DNA from: Octopus sinensis
Taxonomy: Eukaryota
NCBI RefSeq assembly: GCF_006345805.1
Contig: NC_043005.1
Location: 33,232,001-33,296,000 of the forward strand
DNA: 64,000 nt
Reading direction: 5' to 3'
The notes under the pieces are model-generated. The model was not told the origin of the DNA and did not search any database. It saw only the letters and a program-made list of their open reading frames with translations. Of this stretch, positions 1-12,962 are shown piece by piece; position 1 is the first letter of the stretch; the number at the start of each line of letters is the position of its first letter. The position numbers and the translations under genes were made by a program.

Positions 1-543
1 CGAGCAGAGCATGCCATCAAAGTGACACTGGGGTAAAATATACGAAGCCCAGTATACCCATCATGACTACCCATCTGATAAGGGTACACCAGGCACATGC
101 ATCACAACCATATGTGCGCGACATGGTGATCTCATATCAAGATAAACAGCACATGACCTTGCAGGTGGAGCCCAGTTAGAATTTTCTTCAGATCGAGTAA
201 CCCATCCCGCTCAAAAGGTCCCTGAATAAGGGTTGTTTAAGGACGTTGAACGAAACACCCATGTTTCCAGAGGTGAATTATTCAAACCCCAAAGAATTCT
301 TCTCAACACATGGCTATGATGCTCCCCCACTACTTCTGCTCGTGATCAGAGATGCACATATCGTCAGCCACTAAGGGACATGCTCAACTGGTTACGGTCA
401 AACAACTGACAAGCAAATCTGTGGTATTGAGCAGAATATTTGCTGCAGCCCATCTTTTATACCAAGACAAAACAATGTACATGATAACACTTCCAATCAG
501 TTAAGATCAGAAGCCATGAGAGCCACTGCCTGGTACTGCATCA
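1..543 (-). mobile_element. Non-coding (TAA)n-embedded interspersed element, copy 1
   Basis: Homologous along its length to 614-1187, 1349-1904 and 55633-56067; bounded by (ATT)n; no ORF. Strand inferred from the truncation pattern. Confidence 0.8.
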
Positions 544-573
544 TATTATTATTATTATTATTTATTATTATTA

Positions 574-613
<40 letters not shown>

Positions 614-1187
614 GTGTGAGAGAGCAGTGCATGCCATCAAAGTGACACTGGGGTAAAATATACGAAGCCCAGTATACCCATCATGACTACCCGTCTGATA
701 AGGGTACACTAGGCATATGCATTACAACCATATGTGCGCGACATGATGATCTCATACCAAGATAAACAGCACATGACCTTGCAGGTGGGGCCCAGTTAGA
801 ATTTTCTTCTGGTCGAGTAACCCATCCCGCTCAAAAGGTCCCTGAATAAGGGTTGTGTAAGGATGTTGAACAAAACACCCATGTTTCCAGAGGAGTATTA
901 TTCAAACCCCAAAGAATCCCTATCAACACATGGCTATGATTCTCCCCCACTACTTCTGCTCGTGATCAAAGATGCACATATCATCAGCCACTAAGGGACA
1001 TGCTCAACTGGTTAAGGTCAAACTGACAAGCAAATCTGTGGTATTGAGCAGAATATTTTATACCAAGACAAAACAATGTACATGATAACACTTCCAATGT
1101 ACATGATAACAATGTACATGATAACACTTTCAATCAGTTAAGATCAGAAGCCATGAGAGCCACTACCTGGTACTGCATCAAGGCATT
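614..1187 (-). mobile_element. Non-coding (TAA)n-embedded interspersed element, copy 2
   Basis: Starts GTGTGAGAGAGCAGTGCATGCC and ends GTACTGCATCAAGGCATTT; carries a short internal AATGTACATGATAAC triplication. Confidence 0.85.
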
Positions 1188-1226
1188 TATTATTATTATT
1201 ACTATTATCATCATTATTATTATTAC

Positions 1227-1347
<121 letters not shown>

Positions 1348-1348
1348 T

Positions 1349-1900
1349 AGTGAGAGATCAGTGCATGCCATCAAAGTGACACGGGTAAAATATACGAAGT
1401 CCAGTATACCCATCATAACTACCTGGATGATAAGTGTACATCAGGCACATGCATCACAACCATATGTGTGCGACATAATGATTTCTTATCAAGATAAACA
1501 GCACACGACCTTGCATGTAGGGCCCAGTCAGAATTTTCTTCTGGTCGAGGAACCCATACCGCTCAAAAGGTCCTTGAATAAGGGTTGTTTAAGGATGTTG
1601 GACGAAACATCTATGTTTCCAGAGGTGAATTATTCAAACCCCAAAGAATCCCTCTCAACACATGGCTATGATGCTCCACTACTACCTCTGCTCGTAATCA
1701 GAGATGCACATATCGTCAACCACTAAGGGACATGCTCAACTGGTTATGGTCAAGCAAATGACAAGGAAATCTGTGGTATTGAGCAGAATATTTGCTGTAG
1801 CCCATCTTTTATACCAAGACAAAAAAAATGTACATGATAACATTTCCAATCAGTTAAGATCAGAAGCCATGAGAGCCACTGCCTGGTACTGCATCAGGGC

Positions 1901-1904
<4 letters not shown>
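1349..1904 (-). mobile_element. Non-coding (TAA)n-embedded interspersed element, copy 3
   Basis: Same termini as copy 2, more substitutions; (ATT)n on both sides. Confidence 0.85.
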
Positions 1905-1967
<63 letters not shown>

Positions 1968-2436
1968 GGTTAACATAAAAGAAAAGAAAAGAAAAAATAA
2001 ATACGGTTTGCTATAGTCTAGAATTGTTGTTGGTCAGGAAAGTCTGTAAGCCATTCAATTAAAAGTGATTAGAAAACAGATTATGTGAAAGTTAAAAAGA
2101 ATTGAAAAAATAACTTAATCGATGATTTCAAAAACAAAGTTGCAATTTCAATAATTAAGTAAATGTAATTAATAGTCTAAGGTTAAATAATTATATGAAT
2201 GCATTTAAGAGTACATTTAGCGTCGAAGTTCTGTGTCTCTCGGCTTTTAAGCGAATATAGTTTCTCTAATGTTTCAGTACTGATTTTTAAAACTATAGTA
2301 ATTAAGACTGTCGTTTCTGTTTGTTTGGGTGTACTTTTGTGGCTTGTAAAAACTAATTTTACGGTGAAAAGGTTCTTTAACACGATAAAGGATAAAAGTG
2401 AACATCATAGTATAAGAAAGTTAAAGAAGTATACTA

Positions 2437-3624
2437 TTAGGTTGGCAACTAAGTTCCCGCCGTTTTTAAATTTAATTTTGGAATTTATTGCGTTTTTAAA
2501 TATCTATCTTTTTTCGAGAATTCTATTTTTGAATCATTTTGGAATCTTTTTTTTTTTCTTCTAGTTAATTTTAGTTAATTTTTGTTTATTTTCAGATCAT
2601 TAAAATAGAATGCCAAGTTAAGAAAAACGAGCATTTTCGACACCTCCTTCTTTTTGATTTTAATCCAGGTTCTAAGGCCACGAAAGCTGCTCGTGACATT
2701 TGTGCTGTGTATGGAGGGGGTACCATAGCTCGTGATTGGTATGCCAAGTTCAAAAATGAAAATTTTGACCCCAAATTACGCACCTAGTTCTGGCCGTCCA
2801 GTTGAGTTCGATGAAGAGTGATTAAACCAACTTTTGCACGTAAATTCTCGTCAAACAACAAGGGAACTGGCAGAGAAAATGGAACAGTGCTATAGAAAAG
2901 CATCTTCACTCGATGGAAAAGGTTCAGAAGTATGGAGCATGGGTTCCGCATGCTTTAAATGACAACAAAAATCAACGAGCCACAATCTCCGCTGAACACA
3001 AGCAAAGATTTCTTTACCGAATCGTTACTGACGACGAAAAATGGTGCCTGTACATCAATATGAAACAGCGTAAGGAATGGCTTAGCCACGGTAAACAAGT
3101 GACACCACGCGTAAAACAAGATCTTCATCCGCGTATATCGACGTTGTGCGTATAGTGGGAATGGGAAGGGATTATCTGTTACGAATTGCTTGAACGGAAC
3201 CAAACGGTCAATGCGGAACTCTATGTTCAACAGATGGAAGACTCAACACGGCTATTCAAGAGAAAAGACCTAACGCCCGCCCTCATATCGCCAATATGAC
3301 CGTGGCTGGGAAGTGCGGTCACACTCGCCGTACTCTCCTGATTTGGCACCAACGGATTTCCACCTCTTTCGATCTCTTTCAAATGCTATGCGCGGAGTTT
3401 CGTTCAATACTGATGCAGAATTGAGAGCTTGGTTCGATCAGTTTTTCGAGTCGAAATCTGGTCATTTCTACCTACGAGGTATTGAAAATCTTGTTGAACT
3501 TTGGGAAGAAGTTGTAAACAACAAGGGTGAATACATTATTTATTAACTAGTTGTTATTTTTTACTAAACCTTTTAAAAAATTTACTTTTTAAAAAAAACG
3601 GCGGGAACTTAGTTGCCAACCCAA
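2437..3624 (+). mobile_element. Full-length but decayed mariner transposon (1188 bp)
   Basis: TIRs TTAGGTTGGCAACTAAGTTCCCGCCGTTTT and AAAACGGCGGGAACTTAGTTGCCAACCCAA; TA at 2435-2436 and 3625-3626; transposase motifs WVPHAL, DDEKW and YSPDLAPTD over about 2605-3546, broken by stops, frameshifts and deletions. Confidence 0.92.
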
Positions 3625-3899
3625 TACTTTACGATACAGGAGTGTGGTGTGTATCGGTAAATTATTACCTATTGTGTGGGGGTGGAGGATAATTGCTTTT
3701 AAGCGATTTCAATATAAAAAAATTCTTGTTTACAAGATGAGACTAAATTCGTGCATCGATTAAATGTTGTGAGGTTTGAGAATAGAGTTTAACAGGGTCC
3801 TGGCCATCACACAATGATATTTATTGTTATGATGATATTTATTGTTATATATATATATATATATATAGTGCTATCATTATTGTTTTTACGTATTTTTGT

Positions 3900-4143
3900 A
3901 TTTTTATTCGTGTAACATCGTCCGTTTTCCGTCCCTGTGTTGTATACATTCGAGGCTTTCTGCCCAGATCGGAGCAATCTCAAGATTAATTAGCCGAAAT
4001 TGCGAAGATGATCCGGTTCTTGACTGATGATTGAGGGCTTCGAATGTCCCGTCTGTGTTTTTTGTGTCGTCTTCTAAATGTTTCACGTTCTTGTCCCAGT
4101 TTGTATATTTTTTTACTTTTATATAATATATATATATATAATA

Positions 4144-4182
<39 letters not shown>

Positions 4183-4400
4183 CTATATACAACTTATAAA
4201 CAAGGCAAAAAAAAAAATTCTTATGCCAAATATGCCGAAAATAGATAAATCGTCAATAACCATATAATTATCACTATAATTACGCGTCTTTTTCTTTTGC
4301 CCTTGTTTATAAGTTGTTTATAAATTTAACCTTTAAAGGTATTTTAATATGCTGGCCAGTGATAGAATTTTTTCCGAAAAATGTTATCCTATATTAGATG
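3900..4400 (-). mobile_element. Probable PLE-associated remnant
   Basis: 4205-4270 resembles 25815-25880 (GCCAAATATGCCGAAAA...AACCATATAATT) next to the PLE; short inverted repeat at 4190-4210 / 4295-4316. Confidence 0.4.
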
Positions 4401-4518
<118 letters not shown>

Positions 4519-5854
4519 TTATATATATATATATATGCGTATATACATGTATACATATGCATAATACATACACGTGTATCTACACACTCATATATACACA
4601 TGCTCGATATACACTCACAGGTCATAGATAAGCCAGATAGATTGATAGGTAGTTAGCAGGTTATGATAGTAGGGTTCGGTTTCAAGTTAAACAGACATGC
4701 GTCGTGATAATGCCGCCAGCTTGACTAAAGACAAGACACGAGTCGGAAGCAAGAAGGAAAAGAAATCAATATACAAGTGCTGCTACCTCTCGGTAGCAAA
4801 AGAAAACAAAATCAAGAAAAGAAAACACTTATCATATGAAATAAAACGGTTAGAAAATGTGTAATTAGTTGAGAAAGGTAGCAAATACATTAGCAATGTA
4901 ACTCTAGCCAGTGGATCTGTTGTTAGGGAGGAGAACAGGTTTTCAGGATTGTCTTAGTTTATTTTATTATTATATTTCTTTGTGGTTTACAGCTTTAGAT
5001 GTGTTTTTATATTAGTTTTTCGTGATTTTCTTTTCTTATTTGGTTTAACCTGCTTCATTTTCGTTCCACTCTCTCTTTTTTAGTTGTTTGCTGATGTAAA
5101 TTATCATTTTGTGGTTGGATACTCCTACTCTACTTACTTTTTCTTCAGTTAATATAATTGTGGATGTTGTTATTGTTATTATTATTATCATTATTGTGGT
5201 TGTTATAGTTTTCATTATTATTATTATTATTGTTGTTGATATTGTTTTTGTGTACGTTGAAGTAGAAGGACGTCTTCAAGAAAGCTACATGAAAAGATGA
5301 ATTTTACCATGATTTATTTGAAGGAAATGTTTGTTTTACTTTTCATTTTGTAAACAGCGGACTTCAATAGCTTTTGGACATCTACCCACATTACTAAGGT
5401 GAGATAATTGGTTCGGCTATTAGACATATTTTTAAAATGTTGTTCTTTTCAAGACACCCAAGATGGATTCTTCTACTTCTAGGTTAGCAATAAGAGATGC
5501 TAACCACAAAAGCCGTATCTGAGGATACACGCTCAAGAATAAAGATTTTTTAAAATTCAGATATAATATAATGCATAGTTTTTTTTTTAAAAAGGGGGAA
5601 AACGGAGATAACTATATTTGTACTAGCAAATGCGGCAAATATTTACTCTTAACACAGCAGAGATTTTACCAAATGAACATAATAAAAAAATTAATCAAAT
5701 TTAACAGAAATGATAGTTGTTTTATCAACATTGCCAATCAGACAGAGGTGCCCGATATAGATGAACACCAGAAAACAGGTACGTGGGAAATATATAATAC
5801 ATAGCACAATGACTAGCCTTGTGCCAAAATTTGAAACAGTTATCATTTTAATTG

Positions 5855-6027
5855 GGGAAAAGAATAGGTCGATACCATCGACCTCGGTATTTGACTAGTA
5901 CCTTATTTCATCAACCTCAAAAGAATGAAAGCCGACAAGATTTGAGGTCAGAAAGTAAAGAGCCGGAAGAAATGCCGCTAAATATTTTTTTAAGACATGC
6001 TAACGATTCTGCTTGCTTGCCGCCTTA
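5855..6027 (-). mobile_element. Degenerate tRNA-headed SINE (family 1)
   Basis: Similar to the clearer copy at 43793-44025 (GCTAACGATTCTG head, TCGAT...TCGAC body). Confidence 0.6.
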
Positions 6028-6084
6028 GCGATGATAATAATGGTTGGAAATTTTGATACAAGGTCAGCAATTGTGGGCGAGGGT

Positions 6085-6260
6085 GCTATCCGATTATGTT
6101 GACCCCCTTCCCCAGTTCTCAACTGATACTTATTTTATCGAACCCGAAAGGAATGAATGGTAAATTCGATCCTAGCTGCGTTCGGGCTCAGAACGTTATA
6201 ACAGACGAAATGTCACTAAGCATCTTTGCCCGGCACGCTAACGATTCTGACAGCTCTCCG
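6085..6260 (-). mobile_element. Degenerate tRNA-headed SINE (family 1)
   Basis: Contains CTCAGAACGT, ACAGACGAAAT, CTAAGCAT and GCACGCTAACGATTCTG blocks shared with 43950-44025. Confidence 0.65.
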
Positions 6261-7164
6261 ATAATAATAATAGTGCTGGTGATAATATTGTTTTGACTAT
6301 CAATTTCTCTGTGTGCCTTGAAGAAAATGCTATTGCTCTCAAAGAACTATTTCTATCCGTTGGTTTAAATTCCCGGTCATAATCAGCTAAGTTCCCCTCC
6401 CAATGAAAAAGACGACACTGTTACCCACAACTCTAAAATATTACAGTATATAAAAAAAGTCGTCGTAGTGCCAAAAGTAGGGGAGAGCCTAATCTATTCG
6501 TCCGTGAGTCTAATTCTTGTATCTCTTTCCCAGTTATTATTTAAACTTCTGAGCGGAATAGAATTAGTCTTTTTCTTTTCATGTTTCATACCTACTTTAT
6601 AAAAACAAGAACAGCCGAAATGATAAAAAATGTTTGTGAAGTGGATGTGTACGCAGTAGCAATTTACCTATAGAAAAGTATATCGATTCCTTCTAGGGAA
6701 AGTTTCATTATCAATGCTAAAACTTATTTATAACATTTATAAAATTTATTAATAACATTTCATTTTCTTACATTTCTTACGATCTTCAGTTGACGTGGAA
6801 AATGTTTCTACTGAAATTCGATCTTAGGAACCATCAATTTTTGATAGGATTAACACGAAACTCTACTATCAAGATTTCAGATCTATGAATATTTCTTGGG
6901 TTTTACGGTGTTTTAGCATCTGATAATGATTGGGATATTTTCAATTACAATCCCCCACCCACCCCCACAAAGCTACAAGGAATCAAAAGGTAGTGTTTGT
7001 TCATAATTCATTCTGCTGTGATGCGTCATATCAATCTTCTCTCACAAATTTTGCATTTGTACCAATTTAGTCTTTATCAGTTCTCAGTACGAATATCATG
7101 TAATCAGTTTTACGCTAAGAAATAAGTCAACTTACATCGTTTTCACTAATAAACTTTCCGTTTA

Positions 7165-7203
7165 CACACACACACACACACACACATACACACACACACA
7201 CAC

Positions 7204-7237
<34 letters not shown>

Positions 7238-7262
7238 ACACACATACACACAAACGCACACA
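7165..7262. repeat. (CA)n microsatellite
   Basis: Read directly. Confidence 0.95.
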
Positions 7263-7315
7263 CATGCGTGCGTACACACATAAATATATATAAATATAAG
7301 TACATATATTAAAAA

Positions 7316-9107
7316 CTAGTAGTAATAACCGTACTTGATCGGGTAATTACTTTTACTGTTTCTCGGAGCCACATTCAAATTATTATTATATATATAATTT
7401 ATTCCTCCTGTATGTGTATATTTTTATAAGAGAAAAATATGTTATAATTGAAGTAGAAAAAAGATCAAATTCATACTTGAACTTATGTTTGCTTATTATA
7501 TGATAATAATAAGTGAGTTGTTGGTGTGTTATTTCATTACAGTAAAGGCAATCATATAATACTGTTATAAAAGAAAAACATGTAATAATTGAGGTAGAAA
7601 AAAGATCAATTTTATACATGAATTTCTATTTGTTTACTATATGATAATAATAAGTGGGTTGTATGTGTTATCTTATTTATCAATGCAGTAATAGCAATTA
7701 AATAATACAGTTCATTTAAATAGGCAATTTACTCATTCTTGAATATAATGATAGTAATGGTAAATTAAGTTATTGAAGTATTCATGTTGCATTAAGAGTG
7801 AATATTTCTTCATAAGCAATGTTTTTTGGGGTTTTTTTTCGGAGAGCATAAGCAAAAAGATTTGGCCATGTGAAAAGCATGGTTGTTCAAGCTGCAATCC
7901 AGCAACTTTTAGTGTTTGGTGCTGATTTTTATTAATACTCATGGCAAAAGAAACACAGATAAGAAACTGTAACTGCTTAAATTGGAATGGGACATTAGAT
8001 GGTATAACTGGTATGCGAGGAATGAAGACGGTCTCACCTTTACCACAACCAGTGAGAATATTTGCCTCAATGCATTTCGTCATAAGTTTGTGAAATTACA
8101 TAATTTTGGTTGAGACAAATAGTGTAATAGTATAACAGAAGTCCATTTTTTCAGCTGAAGACAATGAGAAGCTTTACCTGGTGGTTCTAGTGAGTTCAAA
8201 AATTCGAAGGGGTAGTTAACAATATCGTAATCATCAACAACCCTGTCAACTGAGTGGATACTTTTCCCGGGAGTTTATTCAGTAGCATATTATTAATGCT
8301 AAGTACAGCTACATTTTTTTTTGCGCCAGGATGCTCACAAATCCAATCTGTATTGTTGTATAATGAAGAAGATTAGGAAAGATTTCATCCACCAAATCAT
8401 CGACGGAATCAATTGAATTACATATTGGATTGAGTGCAAGAAACTGTTCTTCATCAACTGGAACTCACCCTTCACTGAGTTTCAAAAGGTGCTCTGCAAA
8501 TAGTTCAGCTGTTTGATCTTTTGAAAGCCTCGATCTCATAGAATAAGTGAAGTAGAAAAAAGATCAAGTTCATACATGAACTTCTGTTTGTTTATTATAC
8601 GACAATAAGTGAGTAGTATGTGTTATTATATTTATGAATATAGTAATGGCAATCATACAATACACTTCATTTAAATAGTTATGTTCTTCAAGTTGCAATC
8701 CAGCAACTTTTAGTGTTTGGCCCAGACTTTTATTAATGCTCATGGCAAAAGAAACACGGATCGGAAGCTGTAACGGCTTAAATTGGAATGGGACATTAGA
8801 GGATATAGCTGGTATGCGAGGAACGAAGGCGGTGTCACCTTTACCACAACCAGTGAAAATATTTGCCTCAATGCAGTTCCTCGTAAGTTAGTGCACAAAT
8901 AGTGTTGTACCATTGCATAATTTTTGTTGAGACAAATTAGGCAATAGCATAATAGCTTCCCCTGAATCAGGTACTTTCATTTTGCCGAAGAAAGAAAAAA
9001 GCAGAATTTCGATTTTATGTATATAGAAAAAGCATAATAGGGTGCCTAGAACCATTTAGTTTCATTTTGCTGAACAAACAGACGAAACTCTCTTTTATAT
9101 TTATAGA
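7316..9107 (-). mobile_element. Non-autonomous Helitron (about 1.8 kb) carrying helicase fragments
   Basis: Minus-strand 5-prime end TCTATAAATATAAAAG at 9107; 3-prime CTAG at 7319-7316 followed by T and preceded by a degenerate hairpin; internal PIF1-type helicase pieces. Confidence 0.8.
7733..8520 (-). pseudogene. PIF1-family (Helitron RepHel) helicase C-terminal fragment
   Basis: [10 protein letters not shown]...CIEANILTGCGKGETVFIPRIPVIPSNVPFQFKQLQF...FAMSINK.Q.QTLKVAGLQLEQPCFSHGQ matches the RepHel helicase C-terminus; a second partial copy lies at about 8690-8930. Confidence 0.85.
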
Positions 9108-9563
9108 CCAGCTATTTTGACCCGTGCTTCGCTCGGGTTTTGGTGGTGGTGTTGTTTTGTGCTTGTTATCTCCTTTTCTCTTTCTTCGTTTGTTCGTCGT
9201 CTTTGCCTGGTTCTTTTTATTGCCCTCTTCTTTACCCCCCCCCTTTCCAAAATCCCCCAAATTTTTACACCCACAATTAAAGATAACCGCCTCTAGCCCC
9301 TGCAGCAACACGTAAAGCCACCATTATTCAAACAGCGCAACCTGTCTATCCCATAAAACTCAATTTTTCCCATATTCCTCACCATGTCAACCAAACAGTA
9401 GCCCCGAGCGATTTGCAACCCTCCTCACACCATTGCCCACCCCATTTTATCCCCCAGTGTAAATTTTGGCGCCAATCCGACGCCATCTACCGTCCCTTAA
9501 ACCGTTCCCATCTCAAAATGAGACAGATAACCAAGAAACTTTTTTGCATTTCAGATTTATAGA
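9108..9563 (-). mobile_element. Short non-autonomous Helitron (456 bp)
   Basis: Minus-strand A^TCTATAAATCTGAAATG start at 9563; subterminal hairpin CCCGAGCGAAGCACGGG, 9-nt spacer and CTGG end (CTRR consensus) at 9108. Confidence 0.75.
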
Positions 9564-11243
9564 TATTGATAAAATATATATGATATGCATATTATGTATA
9601 CACACATACGTACGTATGAAGATACATACGTGTATATGTGTATGTTAGTATGTGTATGTGTGCGTGTGTGTGTGCGTGTGTGTGCGTGTGTCTGTCTGTG
9701 TCTGTATGTGTGTCCCCAAAATTTGTAAGCAATGGAATATGTTCATTATGTAAGGCTCAGGCAACGAACTCTCATCAGCATAGCTCAACATCGAGCCGAA
9801 ATTACCACAACGAAGTTTACATCGCCGTGAGAAATAAACAATCAGTCGCCAGTCTAGCCACCGAGCGATGAGAGCTAGCCGTATGTGTGTTAACGGTGCC
9901 ACCTCTTCATCAAAAAATGCTTCAACCAGACTACTTCACTCAATTGGCTACTAACCTATCAATTTCTTCCTCCTTCTCTATTCACCTACCTCTATTCAAT
10001 TTCATACACCTCTGCATTCCTCAGTACCCCCCTCCTTTACCAACCCACCTTCATTGTAGTGCTAACTACTGCAACATTGACCACCTACTTATCCCCCACA
10101 CACACACACTCTGTCCACCTCCCTTCATCTTCTGTCAAACCTTTCTATGTATCTTGCCTCAGCAATCTTCCTCCACCACTGAATTAGACACTTTCCCTTC
10201 CTCAAATAACTGCCATCCCTTTTTTCACGAGCTCAACATCCAATAATTCTATAATTTTTATCTCTATACCTTGATTCCTATACACAAACCCAGCAACGAC
10301 TGGCCATCGTTTAGTTACTATCTATCCCACCCTTCCTATTCATCTCCCAACTCTCCACCTCTACTACTACCTCCCTTGACTAGCTTTTTTATCTCCTCTC
10401 ACCATTCCCTGTCTTAACACTCCCCATAACCCCATCGACCCTCCTACTTCCTCTAATATGGCTAGCTCTCTACATTTAATCATTCCACCTTTGAACTTCT
10501 CTGCATTAAAATCTGAAATGTAAGATCCGCTCTACCCTGATGATGAAGGCTCGATTTATCCAATGTTGATTGTTTCTATCACGGCCGCATATTGTGATGA
10601 ACCACATCCACCAGCATTATGACGGATCTTCGATCATCCAGAAACAGCTGTTGAGCTTATGGCACCTTTCTTCATCTCCTTTGATTTGATATGTCACTTG
10701 TACTTTTTGTGAGTTGGATCTGTTAATATAAATATCTATATATTTATACTTAAATATTCATAGTCTGAAAGTCTCCACCTTTTGCTTTTTCTTGTTTAGC
10801 ATGTATACTATATACATATTTTGTATTTCATACAAATTGTTATATTCAATATATCTCATTTGTTTCTCCGCATAAGTGCCCCATACCTGCTCAGCTTGAT
10901 CGTTCTTATAATAATTATTTACCCCGTGGAATTGATCCTCAGTGAAGACATCGGGTTTAAGTTTGAATCATTTGGAGCACTATTAAATGTCTTCTATACT
11001 AAGAATCTCGGGATCTCATCTGCTGACTATATATATATATATATTGAAATAAATACGTTCTCTAGTAGCAAGCACTAACCGCAGTGAATTATTTACTGCA
11101 GGTCTTCGCTTCAGGAATTCTTTAGCGCGCCGGAACTAAGACATTTGAAATTTTATACCCAATGTAATCGGTAAAACTAAACACGTGTCTGTTTTGGCAC
11201 AGAAAGCTGGGGTTAGTTTTTCAGATTGCATTTACACTGAATG

Positions 11244-11333
11244 ATTGTACTGATGAGGCCACGGACATTTGAGTAATTTGAGTAATTCTTTTGAGTAATT
11301 CTTTTGTTAAAGGCCGAAACCGAGGTATGCAAT
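11244..11333 (+). ncRNA. Type I hammerhead ribozyme candidate
   Basis: ATTGTA-CTGATGA-GGCC-(51 nt)-GGCC-GAAA-CC-GA-GG-TA^TGCAAT: complete core, 6-bp stem I, 4-bp stem II, short stem III; predicted cleavage after A11327 (GUA). Confidence 0.8.
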
Positions 11334-11939
11334 TAATTCTGTTTTTTATATAAATTTTCATCTGTCCTGCCCGCCAAATTTGGTTCTGGTGTTCGCTGAA
11401 TTTTTCCTCTAGAGAACTTTCTTTGTAGTTTGATCGTTGATGATCTATTTCTAGCATACGGCCGACTACCTAGCAGTCTTGCCCTGCCAATATACACATA
11501 TATTAGAATTCTCTCTGATTTCTCAGATTTTTTTGTATGCTAGACTACTGGTTTTAAATTGATATTAAAATTAATATTAATTTATCTCCCTCATTATTTA
11601 AATATATATATATATATATACATGCATATAAAGTTTCAGTTTGTCCACCTTCGTCCGACTGTGCTTTATCAAGATTCAATTTGGCTTTATATAGTCTGTC
11701 GCCAGCTATTTTAAGGAAAGGTGAGGCTATGTGGACTGATAATTAGGCGTGATGTAAGTATACCGGGGAAATGATTGTGTAGGAAGAGGAATAATGAGAG
11801 ATAAGAAGAAAGTACATATTTGTAGGATATGGGTCGATAAAAAGTTATCGTGAGATTTTCATCTGGTTTGATTTGTGGATTTTGTTATTGTTTATATGTG
11901 TGTGTATGCGTTTATGTATGTGTGTATATATATATATAT

Positions 11940-11982
<43 letters not shown>

Positions 11983-12962
11983 TGTGTGAGTGAGAATACA
12001 TGTATACATTCATATGTATCTATGTATATATATGTACATATATATGTGTATGTGCGTGTGTGTTTTAACCAGAAAGTAGAGTTGATATTCCGTTAAGGCT
12101 TGATTTGAACATCTGTTGGTTGATATCTGAACAAAAACAGAGAATTGTAGGTCCGGGAAGGAAGCATTCTGTATAAATAAGTAGAATGAAAAGTGACAAT
12201 GGAATTGATTAGATGGGAATGAGGAGAACAGTTGGCAGCTGTATTGTGTGAACATAGTTGGAAGTGGAAAACAACTAGTGACTTCAGAATAATAGAAGCC
12301 TATATATTAACTACAGAACAGACAAACAGGAAATAGACTTTGTAGTTCGTTGATGAGTGAATGTTTACCAAACAATTGAACACCTTTCTATTGGATGCGG
12401 TTAAGAATTTCTGTGTGTATAGTAACAACAGTACCAGATGTAGGAGCAGTATTGCAAAAAGTTAGTAACTAAACAGAACCGAAGTATTTTCTAGATTTTA
12501 GTGATAATTCTGGCTTTTGGAAAAACTATACTTCCTATTAACATCCTTTTATTTAAGATCCTGTTCTATTAACATCCTTTTGTAACAAGATCTTGCTATT
12601 AACATACTTTCATATCCCTCTTCTAACTATGTCGATTCTCTTCAGCCACATTCAATAATACATGATTCATACTTCTGTTTTTTGTTACGAAACCTGTGTT
12701 TACCTATGGAGCTGGCTTCTATTAAATTTTACTTTTACTTTTTTTATAAGTTTTAGATTTTGTCATTTCTCTGGTAAATTCTCTGCTATCTAGAACAGTT
12801 TTACAGCTACACCTATTTAACTAAATTTGGTAATACCTTTGAAAAGGAATAAATGCCACAATTTCAATTTTTCCATATCTTTCATTTACTGGAGATAACC
12901 AAGCCTCAGTATATTTCTCAACACTTTCCAGAAAGTGCAACCTCAGTATATGGTTATAAATT

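Noticed and set aside
1790-1904. snRNA origin or 5-prime HDV-like ribozyme for the (TAA)n-embedded element
   Set aside because: No match to U2 or 7SK as I recall them and no HDV fold found by eye; needs an Infernal search.
10612-10652. Hammerhead-like TTATGA-CGGA...TCCA-GAAA-CAGCTG
   Set aside because: Core and stem II are mutated; not supportable as a ribozyme.
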